A stretch of 64,000 nucleotides of DNA from Spironucleus salmonicida. Taxonomy: Eukaryota. The notes beneath the pieces were generated by a model. That model was not told the DNA's origin and made no database searches. It worked only from the letters and a program-made list of their open reading frames with translations. The translations under genes and the position numbers were made by a program. This document shows, piece by piece, positions 25,908 through 38,929 of the stretch. The first letter of the stretch is position 1. Each line of letters starts with the position of its first letter. The DNA lies in the NCBI RefSeq assembly GCF_000497125.1, contig NC_090601.1:62001-126000 (forward strand), written 5' to 3'.

Positions 25908-25954
25908 ATGAAATTAAATAATAATAATAATAATATCTGTTTTACTTCCTAGAA

Positions 25955-26716
25955 ATGAGTTCAAATTATAAACCAAAAATTCCTGAACGAGTTAGAAAGT
26001 ATAATCACTCCGTCTCAAAATTTGATCAAATTCCTATAATATAAGCATAGAAGACTAACCTTCCTTAAGATAATATTTTGATTCAGTAATTATAGTTAAA
26101 GCTGAAATAAGTTGAGAATGAGGGTATTAAATTGAAACAACAGGTTTTAGATTAAAAATAATAATAGAATAACCTTGAGTGTTAAATAGAGTAACTCAAG
26201 TCAACGGATTAATTCGGATAAATTAATATACAGTACAAATAAAAGTAGCAGTTACATAAATATGTTAAATCATTAGAGCGATAGATTTATTCTATAGAAG
26301 AATATATGAATAAGTAAGGTCTTATATTTGTGTAAAGCAATGATTCATAAGATACTTATGCCCCTATCTTAACGTAAAATATCAACTAAGATACATTAAA
26401 CTAAACTTTAAAATACGCATAGGATATTGAGTAAAATGATATACTCAATCGTTCAGTTAAAATTTAGTAAGTTATCGAAGACAAACCTATGTCTACTTTA
26501 CGTATCAAGCTTCCAAATAATCAAAATTATATAATTAAATTAAGTTTCGATGAAGATTGTAGTCAAATATATAGAGAAATTGCACAAATCTCAAGTTTAG
26601 CAGAAGATTCCTTCCTTCTATTTAGAGCTATTGGTGGATTAATTCCCCAAACAAATCTTACTTTAGAGTAAGCTAACTTAGTACCAAATTGTAGGTTATT
26701 TCTTAAGTATCAGTGA
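25955..26716 (+). CDS. UBXN11 paralogue lacking the SEP domain (coiled coil + UBX)
   Basis: 253 aa; LHKYVKSLERQIYSIEEYMNKQGLIF and STLRIKL...NLTLEQANLVPNCRLFL align with 22378-23688. Confidence 0.8.
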
Positions 26717-26748
26717 TATATTATATATTAATATGATTTATTTTTATA

Positions 26749-27444
26749 ATGATTCATGTTAATTTAACGGAATAATCTATGAAAGAATATGGTAATTATA
26801 TATCAAAAACCGTATTTAAAGCAACTGACTTATTAAAAACACTAGTTAGCTGTAGTGTTATTACTTTTGATACAGAAAATTAAATTAATATTATGCTAAA
26901 TGAGTTTCAATAGCTAAAGAATTATACACATCTATATGAGTAACTTATACGAGTATGTTATTTTGATCACACAATTTTTGATGATATATCACCAGAGAAG
27001 ATCGAAAAATATGAATAAATCATTGATGGAAATGGTATTAAAATATCACAACTAACTGATTTACTTATGTAATCTTTTATAGATAAATAAAAGCATATAA
27101 GAGAAATTAGATTTAAAGAAAAGAATATTGCATCTTATAGTAGTTCGGCAGAGACAGCCACAGCAAATTCACATTAAGCGATGAAAGAAATTGAAACAAT
27201 AGCTTTATAAGGGTTAAAAGATCTAAAATTAGGGTTAAAAGTAACGACTATAGAATTGGATAAAGGAGAGACTATGACTAAAAAACTACAAACAGAAGTT
27301 GACAAGGCAGTGGATAGTGGAGCTAATGCAAAGAAATAGACTTTAGTTGCGTTAAAAGCTATCAAAATGAATAAAGATTGTTTATTCCTAAGTATCAGCA
27401 TAATTATTCTATGTTGCCTTATTTTAGCATTCATGTTGACGTGA
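26749..27444 (+). CDS. Qc-type SNARE-like tail-anchored protein
   Basis: 231 aa; heptads LKDLKLGLKVTTIELDKGETMTKKLQTEVD, then KMNKDCLFLSISIIILCCLILAFML TM. Confidence 0.6.
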
Positions 27445-27606
27445 ATATGTAAAATATTTAACTTTTTATAAAAGTATTGTATGAGATATAAATTCTAAAC
27501 ATTAATCTATTTTTGTTTAAATGGCCAATTTAGCTGAAACTAAAAAACATATAGCCTATATACTATATAATACTATATTGTGGAGAATTGCACCTTTCCA
27601 AAATTC

Positions 27607-28494
27607 ATGGAAGGCAAGGAAGTCTACATACTTTCAGATTCTGAGAGTAGCTAAGTCTCAGTAGTTGAAGACGTAATAGACCTTAATTGGAACTTTGATA
27701 TGTCTACTTGTTCACCTAAGCCTCAAAAGAGGCATACAAGCGAGTATATACCATTTAAATCCTCACCAGACTTTTTGGATTTCAATAAATCTTTATAGAG
27801 CAAGGTATCAAATTTAAGCTCAAGGTTTTCAATGCTTAAGCTCAATATTAATAGTAATGTAACATTAAGTCGAACAAATACATCATAACTTGATATATCT
27901 AACTGTTATAGTAGCTAATTGGGAAGAGAGCCTATGACTACAACATTTGCACATACTATTCATACAACATAATTTAATTAATTACGATAATAGTGCTGGA
28001 GAACTCCTGAGTTTAAGGCATGCAAATCCTAAAAGTGTGATGTTCCTGCAATAGAAGCAGATTGCCTTAGGTAAGTTCTCGAAAAGGAACCAGAATCTGT
28101 TGTTTTAATTGATTGTAGATGGCCATATGAGCATGCTGGAGGTTCTATAATAGGAGCTTATAGCTGCTATGATGCATTAGAATTATTGGAAAACTTTAAA
28201 TCGTAAGATTTTCCTGCGGAAAATAAGAAAATTATATTTTTTTGTGAATTTTCTTAAGTTAGAGGTCGAAAAATGTCGTCCTTTTTTACGAAGTATGTAT
28301 AACGTAATGAAATGCATGGATATGATGATATTTATCTACTAACTGGTGGTTATAAAAATTTTTAATAAACAGGAAAGACATTTCTAACAACAGGTAAACA
28401 TATAACGGAAAATGATTAAAGATTTGAGATAGAGTAAAGGTTCTTTTCATAAAATAGAAGTTATAAAATGAATATACCTGCTGATTACCTCTGA
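27607..28494 (+). CDS. CDC25: Cdc25-type rhodanese-fold phosphatase
   Basis: 295 aa; LIDCRWPYEHAGGSIIGA, IFFCEFSQVRG (CX5R), IYLLTGGYKNF; Ser-rich N-terminal region. Confidence 0.85.
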
Positions 28495-28565
28495 GTGTTT
28501 TTGAATTTCATTAAGTGTATAATTATTATATAATTTATATCAATTCTACATTATAATTTATTCAA

Positions 28566-29093
28566 ATGGACTTTAATTAGGCAAAATAATTTTACGATTA
28601 GTTAAAATAAGATTTAGCAGGTATCGTTACCTAGTCGTATTAGTCTAATCTAGTATCAACATCGAATCTTACTAGTGAACTATATAGAATTTAAAGAGGT
28701 CTGAATCAATTATAGTAACGGTCAGCAAATCCTCATTTATCTCAGGTAGAGTTATAGTACTTTTAAGGTATATAAAATTAATAACTGGATATTACTTAGA
28801 CTTTCTAAAGAATTCAACAGAAACCGTAAGATTTAGAACATTTTACAACTACGGTGAATGACGGACTTTCAAATATGAAGTATGAACTTAAAAAAGTATC
28901 TTTATCATTAGAGTAGGGTGGAGTGCATGAATAAAATCTAGGTAATGCTGTTAGCTTAGCTCAGGATGAAAGCAATTAAGCGATTCGTAAGACTAATCTA
29001 GCAAGAAAATTTATTAAAAAGAATAAAGATTGGTGCTTTTTAGGTATAGCTGTTTTAGAGTTTATTATATTATTTATGATGTTTATTTTTTGA
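28566..29093 (+). CDS. Qc-type SNARE-like tail-anchored protein
   Basis: 175 aa; DGLSNMKYELKKVSLSLEQGGVHEQNLGNAV, then KKNKDWCFLGIAVLEFIILFMMFIF TM. Confidence 0.6.
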
Positions 29094-29109
29094 ATGATAA
29101 TTTTTATAT

Positions 29110-29310
29110 TCACGGTTAAGACTCTACTAATTACTCGGTATTCATTACCATGTTAGTATCTTTTTTCTTGTTTGTCTTTTTAGCCAGTCTCTTTACTTAT
29201 CTAATTGTAATATCATTAGATCTCGTACATCCTATATATATTGTTAGAATTATATAAAGAAAAGTACATAGTAATCCACCTATAAGAAGAAATATTTTGT
29301 CTGCATCCAT
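29110..29310 (-). CDS. Small single-TM protein
   Basis: 66 aa; IFLLIGGLLCTFLYIILTIYIGC followed by a basic tail. Confidence 0.55.
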
Positions 29311-29362
29311 TTTTTGTTTATAATTTATATATTACTATACTGATTTTAATATAAATTCTCAA

Positions 29363-31276
29363 ATGAATAGACCATTTTTTTCATAAACATATACAGGTAC
29401 TCCAATTGTAGGTTATCAGGATGGTCCATTATATAATGCGTAGTTTTCTCGCCCATTTGGTATCACTTTTTCTAGTGGTGATTTTTACGTCACTGATCGA
29501 TCTGCACCAACATCTATTCGAAAAATTAATAAATAAGGAGTTACATCTCTCAAATGGTCTAATACTAACCAAGAATTATTGCATCCTACTTGTACTATTG
29601 AACGAAATGGTTTTTATTTTATTGCAGACCGTGGCCATGATAAAATTAGGTATCTGGTTCCAGAAACCGGAACTTTGAAAACATTATTATTATAGAACAT
29701 AAAAGCTCCAAATTAATTATGCTTTTTAAACGAAGATTTACTAGTGTTAGACTAATCTTAACTTTTAAAAGCAACCTTGCATATATCAAAGGCTGAGGTT
29801 ACTGTATTAGGCGTTACGATTATTACTCAGAATCTTAAACGACCAGAAGGGCTATTATATCATTAGGGTAATATTTATATATCTAATACATTAAATCACT
29901 AGATACTAAAATTATCCTTAGACTCGGGATAGATCGAAGTATTTGCAGGAAATCGGGCTGGATTTACTGATGGTCCAGCATTATAGGCTTAATTTCGATC
30001 TCCAACAGCTCTAAGTGCTTTAAATGATAGAATATTTGTTTCTGATAGAGATAATCATACTATTAGAGTTATTAGAAACGGTATAGTGGAATCATTATCA
30101 GTTGGTGGTGCTAGAGGGTATCAAAATGGTGCGTATGATGTTATGAAGTTTAGTGAACCTCACGGTCTATGTGCTATATAGAAAGGATTTTACATTTAGT
30201 TATTTGTATGTGATGTTAAAAATGCATGTATAAGAGTATTAGCAAACGCTAGGTCTGAGGATGCATTTGATGATTTAGAACACGCAGAAGAAGGTTTCAC
30301 TACAAACTAGTAGGAAGATATTAATGAATCAGAATAAAAATTCGTAAAAATTGACGAGTCTCAGAATTAAGACCTATCAGTAAATTTATAGACGCAAGAT
30401 ATACAACTTAGAGACTTTTCAACACTTAATAAACAAAAAAAATAATTGAAAAAAGCAGATTATGCTTATATTCATCCATATGCTGCATTTACTTAAATAA
30501 TGAAGAATAATAGTTTCGATATGGTAAATTTTTAACGCCTTTTTGCAGCATCAAAATTCCTTGAAACAAAAGACATTATTGAATTTCTTTGCACATATAA
30601 TCAAGATTTAATTTATCCGTTAGCTATGGCTTACTTTAACTATTATGAAGTACTTATTGAAGCTATTAATAAAAATGTATAATTAGATAAAAATTTAAAA
30701 ACAATTCTTGTACTAAGAAATCTTCTAGTATATGGTCTATTAACATATAAGGCCTAATTATTTAGATCACTAATTTCTACTCCTAATGCTCATTCATTTT
30801 TGCTTTGCACACTTTCGAAGTCTTTAATCTGTACGAAGACTCGGATATCAGTTAATGGAGAAATAATTGATTTAACTAAAAATGGTGAGTTTAGAAACAA
30901 TAAAATTTAGTATGGTAAAAAAATGCTCTTTTAGTTTGAAATTTAATTAACCTATAAAAGTACAGACAAGGAGGACGAAATGTAGTTTGAAATAGATATT
31001 TCGAGTCCAGTTCTGTCATTATAAAGTAAAACTCATTATTTTGGTCTTTAAAAGTTTCAAACTTATCAGTAGGGTATTGGGAAAATAGATTTATAGGTTA
31101 ATGGAATTGAAGCTGTCAAGGATTCTAAGCTCGCGTTTTAAGTTAATGTTAAAGTAGGATCGAAAAAATAAAATATTAAAGTACGATTTAGTGGTGACTA
31201 AGCTGTAAAGGTTTAAGATAGTGTTAGCAGAATAATGTAATTGTAATAATAACATGTTCTGATTACGATTGACTGA
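29363..31276 (+). CDS. NHL-repeat beta-propeller protein with C-terminal extension
   Basis: 637 aa; GYQDGPLYNAQFSRPFGI, FIADRGHDKIR, GFTDGPALQAQFRSPTAL, VSDRDNHTIR. Confidence 0.85.
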
Positions 31277-31335
31277 GTAGTATTAAATTATTATATATTT
31301 ATATATTAAAATATTGATATAATTTAAATTCCGCA

Positions 31336-32523
31336 ATGAATAAATTAATTGCAGTTGAGGCATGCAGATGTTTATCCGTTATTTAAGATATGATAGATAC
31401 TTTAGAGTAATTATAGTTAGTAACACCTAGTCTATTTGGTACAGTTGATATAGAATCTGTTTTTGGTTAAAGACTTTCAGATTTACTTAGAGAATATTCA
31501 AGAAAAAGACTTGCATTGGAATCAGCTTTAGCAGAATAAGCTACAGTACGTGCTGGAGGATTCAAATCTCGTTTAAAATCTCTTGAAAAGAAAATTGTTA
31601 ACTGTACTAAAGAGTATAAGTTAGAGGTTGAGAAGCTAACTATGGAGTTTTCTGTTTCTAGAGAATTTTATAGTAAATTAGTATCAAATGGTGTTAATGT
31701 TTAATAATTATTACCATAGTAGTAAATTTAGATAGGAGGCGGTGGCGGTAAGTCTATGGCATCTGGATCAGTAGCCTAAGAATAACAACAATCAATTGGA
31801 TAAGCTGGGGCGGTCTAATAGTATTCATCTATTTAGGATTTAATTCACATACTAAAAAATATGCATAATGTTGTAAAGCTTAATATGAATACATCCGTAT
31901 AGTAGGAATAAAATAGAAAACAACTAATATCATAGCTCACATAATCAGAAAGATAACAGTAAAACACTCATGCTTCCTTATTGAAAGAATTTGACCTATT
32001 ATTTAATTAAAACAAGTAATAAGAATCTAGTTTAAATGATTAAATTAGCTCTGTCAACAATCAGCTGAATCTTAATGCAACAAACGCTGACTCTACTGCG
32101 AATAAACTATTATAATAAGCCAGTACTGCTGAAACAGATGACGCAACAAATTTCACATAATAAATTGAGTAAATTAAAGCTTCAATGAATGAACTAGGAA
32201 GAAAATTAACTGACCTTAGTAAAAAATAAAAAGAGTAGAGTTCATAAGTAAATAGGGATAAGAGAAGAGCATTTGTAAATATTAGAGATAATATTCATAA
32301 ATTTGATTAAAATGCAAAGAAATTAGATGAAGATATATTCAGATTAAAACATGAGATCAGATTAAGCGATACTAGAATTTCCTAACTAGATGAAATTATT
32401 GCAGAATATAAAAAAGATAAAACGTATAGAGATTCTTTAGGAGACTAAGCAGAAAAAAAGAAAGAGCGTTGGGAAATGTTCTGGGAACTTGCGCCTGAAT
32501 GTTATATTGAGAGAGAAGATTGA
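31336..32523 (+). CDS. Coiled-coil flagellar protein, DRC10/IQCD-like
   Basis: 395 aa; LIAVEACRCLSVIQDMIDTLEQL N-terminus and IHKFDQNAKKLDEDI resemble DRC10; no IQ motif seen. Confidence 0.5.
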
Positions 32524-32585
32524 CATTTTATAAATATATTATTATATAGATATTATTATATACACGTTTCATTTTCCACTTCAGA

Positions 32586-33908
32586 ATGATATCATCGCTA
32601 ACATTGATCGACTTGCCTTTAAGACAGAAGCCTTAAGCATACAAAGCCACAACCTAAGACCGAATAAATTTAAACACTTTAAAATAAGAAGAATTAGTGC
32701 ATGAATAGGTTGTTTTGCCAGAATTGGTAAAGTAAGAAAATATAGATGTCAATGAAGAATCATCATCTGAAAATCATTAATAGTTTTAAAATTGTGCAGA
32801 ATAATTTGATGATTCGGATTCAGATATGGATGGGTTCGAATACACAAAGAATGATAACGTATTTGTTACATGTAGATCGGCAGAATTAGGTTATGTTGAT
32901 GTTATGGTTTTCAATAGACGTGGAGATTTTTTCCTACATCACAATTACTAGCTGCATTATCTTCCACTTTCATCAGTACCAGTTGGGTTTAATCCTTATA
33001 CCAAAGAAACAGGAAATTTTGTTGCAATTTCTGGTACAACAAATGAAATTGAACTATTCGATTTAGATGTTTTAGACTCAATTCAACCAGACCTAGTATT
33101 AGGTGGAAATAAAGTCGTTAAAAACAAAAAAGGGAAAAGAGTGGAATTATAGAGACCAGGAAGTCATAACGGCTCAGTGCTAAGCCTTACATGGAGCAAA
33201 TTACATCCAAATATTTTAGTTAGCGCAGGTGAAGATACAATAAAAGTTTGGGATTTATCTACATAAAAATTGGTAAGCAATATTGAATCTCATGATGGTG
33301 TGGTAAGTTAGGTTAGATTCCACGCTGAAATTTCATAAATTATGTTAAGTTGTGGTCTTTCTGATCGAAAAATTATTATTCATAATTTTGCTAATGATAC
33401 GCATACTGTTATATATACCAGTGATGTAGATTTTGAATAATGTGAATGGTATGGTAATTCGGTAATTTTTACTACTGAAGATGGAAAAATTGGTATCGTT
33501 AATGTTGAAAAATGTGAATTGGTGAGCATATTCCAATGTTTTCAAGAATAAAAATCTAAGCCATTAACTGCCCTTGCTATACACCCATCTGGTAATATTG
33601 TTATTGTTGGAAGTCCAGAAGTTAAAGAAGTTGCAATTTTGCTAGTTAAAGACGGCTAATTTTAATTGCACTCTTTACATTAAACAGGTTAAGTTTTTTC
33701 TGCATTGTTTATGCCGGGATATGATTCATATGCATGCACACTTGGTCATGAAAATGGTAATATATCTCTATTTTAAGTTTATTCGCGTATTGGTGTTGAA
33801 AATATTTCATCATTTGTAGATAAACCAGAAATGTTCATGGAAATGAAAGACTTAAAGGTGTTTGTAGAATAAGATGATAATGATGATAATGACAACGTAG
33901 AATAATGA
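32586..33908 (+). CDS. PWP1: Periodic tryptophan protein 1 (WD40)
   Basis: 440 aa; FFLHHNYQL, GNFVAISGTTNEIELFDLDVLDSIQPDLVLG, SHNGSVLSLTWSKLHPNILVSAGEDTIKVWDL. Confidence 0.85.
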
Positions 33909-33919
33909 ATTTTTGATTT

Positions 33920-34432
33920 TCACTTCTTAGCTTTACCTTTAGGTATTGGTGCAGGCGCAGGTGCAACTTCATCCTTAGGGGCTGCTACTTTAGGATCATT
34001 CTGAGATGGCTCTGCTTTATCTTAAATTTCAGCAGATATAGACTTTTCATATTTAAGCATAGCCTTTTTATACTTATCTTATACTTCCTTATATAACTCG
34101 TCTCCTAATATCAATTTGCAAGCCGCCTCAACTTAAGCTGCTCCTAATGTTGATCTTTACTTAATTTTTATCATTTAAAAAGAGGTACTTGTAATCTTTT
34201 CAAACATATCGAAAGTAAACGAATTAAGTGCATCCATTGCTTGCTTTGAAATACGTAAATCAGAAGCAAGTGAGCGGAAAATTTTATAAATATAATTCTA
34301 AAATGTAGGTCGTGCACGACGAGCACGGCGGGAAATAACTACTGCAGATGCAGTAGAACGAGTATGCGATGTATCAGATAGATTCTCATTTAAATGAGAA
34401 TTGTCTGCTTAGGAAATTTCGGAACGATCCAT
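33920..34432 (-). CDS. Divergent histone H2B variant
   Basis: 170 aa; TFQNYIYKIFRSLASDLRISKQAMDALNSFTFDMFEKI...RSTLGAAQVEAACKLILGDELYK...KAMLKY. Confidence 0.88.
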
Positions 34433-34532
34433 AATTACTAAGGAAAGGGAAAATTCTATCAATATATAGTATATTAAAGATATTATTATTAAGAGTAATA
34501 ATATTATATAAGAATATAAGAATATAATTATT

Positions 34533-34841
34533 TCAAATTACTTTTTACAATTTTTCCTCAACATTCTTAACATCCTACAAAATATTCTCAAAGTCAACAC
34601 CGTTACCAGCTCCAGCTCTTGCTTTGAATTTCTTTTACTATACTAATAACCACTCTTTTACATTCTCAGCCCCTTAAATTTAATCAGCCATTTGTGCAGC
34701 AGTTGCGAAAAGTTTGGCTTGTATCGCCGTCAAAAAATCAAGCAACAAGTCATCTTCTGCTTACTATGCTAATGCAAAACATGAAGGGAGTGGATTTTAT
34801 GAGGAAGACAGTAGAGCACAAATTTGCTATGACACAGACAT
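34533..34841 (-). CDS. Hypothetical protein
   Basis: 102-aa frame MSVSQQICALL...EEKLQKVI*. Confidence 0.55.
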
Positions 34842-34955
34842 TAGAGGAGTTCCCTAATAACTGTAAACTAATGTATTATAATATATATATTTACAAAATA
34901 GCAATTACTCCATAATTAACTTGAAATTCAAAAACAAGGTGAAAAGATTCCAAAA

Positions 34956-37610
34956 TCACTTCTTCTAATGCTGCTTACTTTTTTTAGAACCTTGGTCCTT
35001 ATGGCCACTAGTTTGACCTTTTCTACCATTTCTATTATTATTGTTACTTTTCCAACTTACTTTTTCTGATGACATTTTAATTTCTACACCTTCAATACTA
35101 CATAATCCACACCCGGTTACTAGACCTTCTTTGGTCTTTATTTCAATTTTTCTAGCACCACACTCACAGAATTCCCCTAGTATTAAAGGTTGACCTTGAG
35201 GTAAATTTGCTGTAGCTTAACAAGATGTACATGTTATTTAAGAGCTGCTAGGAATAGAGAAATTATCTAAATATAATTTTGACTAAAGGTAAATTTATTA
35301 CTAAATTTTTTCAGATTTGCCAACAGGCTTTTCGATTTAAATATCAAATTCGTCAATTGTAATTTTAAACTTTTCTTCTATCTTAGCTGAAGTCTAAGAT
35401 CCTAAAATTAATTTATCACATCCTCCTTTTGAACAAGCAGGACAGTCTGAAATATAATTGTTTCTCAATGATAAAGGACAACTTTAGTTCATGCATTGGT
35501 TACAAGTTAAACCTTTTCCGTCTGATTTGTACCCAAATTCTTCTAAATCTTTTACCATATCTTCATTACCATCTGTGTAACATTTAGGGCAAAAATTAGT
35601 TCTTTTTTCACCTGCAGCCGAAATTGGCGGGCAATTACAATATGCACATCGAATTTTTTGAATTTCATAATGTTTTTAACACTATATTACTGAATAAATA
35701 CGATCGCAAGTTCCACAATAAATACGCTGTGGAATAAGTGATATGAATTTTGTGAATTTATTACACTATGGACACGAAATAAAAGGTTTTCCTGCAGATT
35801 TAATAGTTTGAAATTTAGATTCAAAAAGTTAATCTAGTAGATTGATATTCTACTTAAAAAATTAAAATTTATTAAGATATTTTGTTAATTGTTCATTAAT
35901 CATTTTAACTTTGGAAATTTTTCCTTCTGCCACTTTATTTAAATCTTACTCCATTTTAGATCGGAGATTAGGGGCAACTAGTTCTTTATCAATCAGTTTT
36001 AATCCTTAAATTAACTGAATGCCAAGTTGAGTTGGTTGTAATTAACGCTTTCCTGGTAAAAGCTAAACATAATTTCTATCTTATACATTCTGTATATGCT
36101 AAGCCATAGAAGCATCTGTACCAATTAGATTCTTCTCCATCAAACTTAATAAATTTGATTCTGTTAAATAAGTTGGGGGTGTTGTGTATTTTTCTTTTAG
36201 ATTCAATTCATAGAAATCAAAAACATCATCTTTTTAATAACTTATTTATGTAACTTCGTATTATTCATCATCTGCTAAATCTGACTGCTTATATAATATT
36301 TACCATCCAAACGTAATATATTCTTTAGATTTAACATGAAATTTATGTTATTCACATTATAGCTCTACAGTTTTAATATAAAATTCTGCATCAGGCATTA
36401 AAGAAGCTAAAAAATTCTTACAAATCATATTATAAAATGATAAGTCCATTCCAGATAAATCTTAAGCACATTTTGAAGTAGGTGTAATAGGAGGATGATC
36501 TCCAGCATCTACTCCACTTCTAGGCTTTGCACCATACTTGTTTATTGTTTCAATTGCATCATAAGCATAATTAAATTTGATATTCTTAATAACTTCCATA
36601 AAATTAAATTCTTTTGGATAACTTGTAGATTCTGTTCTAGGATAGGTTAAATATCCTTAAAGATATAAAAATTCAGCTTTATACATAGACTCTTATGGCG
36701 ACATATTTAGTGATGTCGAAGCTAATTTCAACATTGCAACTGTATTCAAAGCAATAGGTTTTACTGATTTAGATTTACTTTACTTAATGCTTATTACCTT
36801 TACTTTTCCACCATTTAATTATTTAATAATATGTAAACCCATGTCTTATTCAAAAATTTTATTTTCTGAAATAAAATCAATTTTTTCAATATTTCCTTTA
36901 GAATCTTTGATTTAAACATCAACATTATAATATCTTTTAGGTTTAAAGTTTAGTATTTCCAAATGACGTTCAACACAAAATGCTAAAGTTGGAGTCTAGC
37001 ACGGACCATAACTTATACAATTAGTTTAAAGGTTAGAATATTTTCCAGATAGAAACTATGTTTAAAAACGTGTAAATGCAACACCTACTTTTAAATCTAA
37101 CTCTTGTCTTACCTCAACTGCATCAGATAAATATTAATTTGGTTTATCAACTTTTCCTAATTATCTAGTTATTTCTTCTTTAGTTAAAGCTGAGAATCTT
37201 AATCTAAAAATATCACCATTAAACTTACCAATAGACTTTAGCACTTCAAAACAAATATTTTCCCCTTCTCTATCATTATCTAATGCTAGTATAATATATT
37301 TAGCATTTTTGGACAAAGCTTATAATTATCTAATGATTCCACCTGCTCCTTTTGTAGTTTCATACTCTACACCTTTCTGTTCTAATAATTCTTCTTCCGG
37401 TGTTTACCAAGACTGTAGTTTAGTATTAAATATAATTTGATATAAATGGCCTGCGACAGATGTGGAAATTGCTTATTTAGCTTATTTAAAAGAAAATGGG
37501 AATGAATAAACAGGAGTAGATGATGAACTCTAAGAAGATACATTTGGTGATAAAAGTCTTGCAATAGATTGAGCGATTGAAGGTTTCTCAGAAATAAATA
37601 ATGTGGTCAT
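34956..37610 (-). CDS. TOP3B: DNA topoisomerase III beta (type IA)
   Basis: 884 aa; ISEKPSIA, TSVAGH, LDNDREGENICFEV, RQELDLKVGVAFTRFQT, SYGPCQTPTL, GYLTYPRTE; C-terminal CxxC repeats. Confidence 0.93.
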
Positions 37611-37656
37611 TAAAAGGAATGGTAATAATATTTAATAAAATGATATAAATTAATGA

Positions 37657-38871
37657 TCATTATATCCATTTCCATTGAATATCAACAGCATCAAGAGCAT
37701 CACAAACCCATTCTGGAACTTTCTATTATTCAGTAAACCAATTACGTAAAAAAATAGAGACAAATTCATCTAATTTCTCCGTTTATATAGATTCTCTAAC
37801 TTAACTCATTAAATTTAACAAATAATAAACATTATGGGCACTAACCAATTATCCACCGACACTTTCACCTTCTTTAAATAGAATATTTAACCTTGCTTTA
37901 GTAAATCCGCTAGAGCAAGCTTCACACCCACAACCCTCTTCGATAACAGTAAAATCATTGCAATAAGCTTCTCTAGTTAAATATAATTCTCCTTTACCTG
38001 TAAGTGCTGTACCAAAGCGACCTGTCCTAGTAGCATATACGCAATCAAACATATCAACACCTAAGCATGAACAAGTTACTAAATCAACAGGAAAACCCAC
38101 GCCCATAAGATAGCGTGGTAAATCTTGCGGAAGATTTATTGTACAATAAAGAACTGTTCTCCAAAAGTCATCTTTAGCCTCACCACCAGAGAGTCCACCA
38201 ATTGCAATTCCTCCGAATGATTCTTTCCTTTCAGTAATATCTCTAATACATTAGTCTCTATTTCCATTTTTAGTACAATCCAAATGACCTTGACAAATAG
38301 CAAATAATGCTTAATTCTAGGTAGTATGTGCAGAAATGCATCTGTCTAACCATCTAGTAGTCCTTAGTGATGCCTCAGCTATACGCTCTGCATCATTAAC
38401 CTTATCTAACTAAGCAGACACAACATCATCTAAGCACATTATAACATCTGTTCCAATCGCTTGCTATGTCTTAATAGAAATTTCAGGGGTTAATAACTCA
38501 GAAAATCCAGTAACTGGGGATATAAAAGTTACGCCCTCTTCGGTCAATTTCGACAGTTTAAGCAATGATACCATTTAAAATCCTCCAGAATCAGTTAAAA
38601 AGTTATTCGGCCAACGCATCAAATTATGTAAGCCACCGGTTTATTCTAAAACTGGGATACCTGGCCTCTAATTTAAGAAGTAAGTATTAGATAACATAAT
38701 TTTAGGGTTAAGAGTCTTAATTTGTTCGGTAGTGAACCCCTTTAATGTTCCTTATGTCCCAACTGGCATATAAACTGGAGTTGCTATATCAGCATGAGCT
38801 AAGGTAAATGTTCCAAGCCTAGCATGTTTATATTTCTTATGCTAAGTATATTTTGCTGGCCCACGTCCCAT
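37657..38871 (-). CDS. QTRT1: Queuine tRNA-ribosyltransferase catalytic subunit
   Basis: 404 aa; TPVYMPVGTQGTLKG, TDSGGFQMVSL, AIGGLSGGE, PRYLMGVG, DMFDCVYATR, CGCEAC...HN. Confidence 0.95.
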
Positions 38872-38929
38872 TTAAAGAACAAGTTATATAATATTTATTA
38901 TATAATTATATAATTATTTTAACCTTTCC

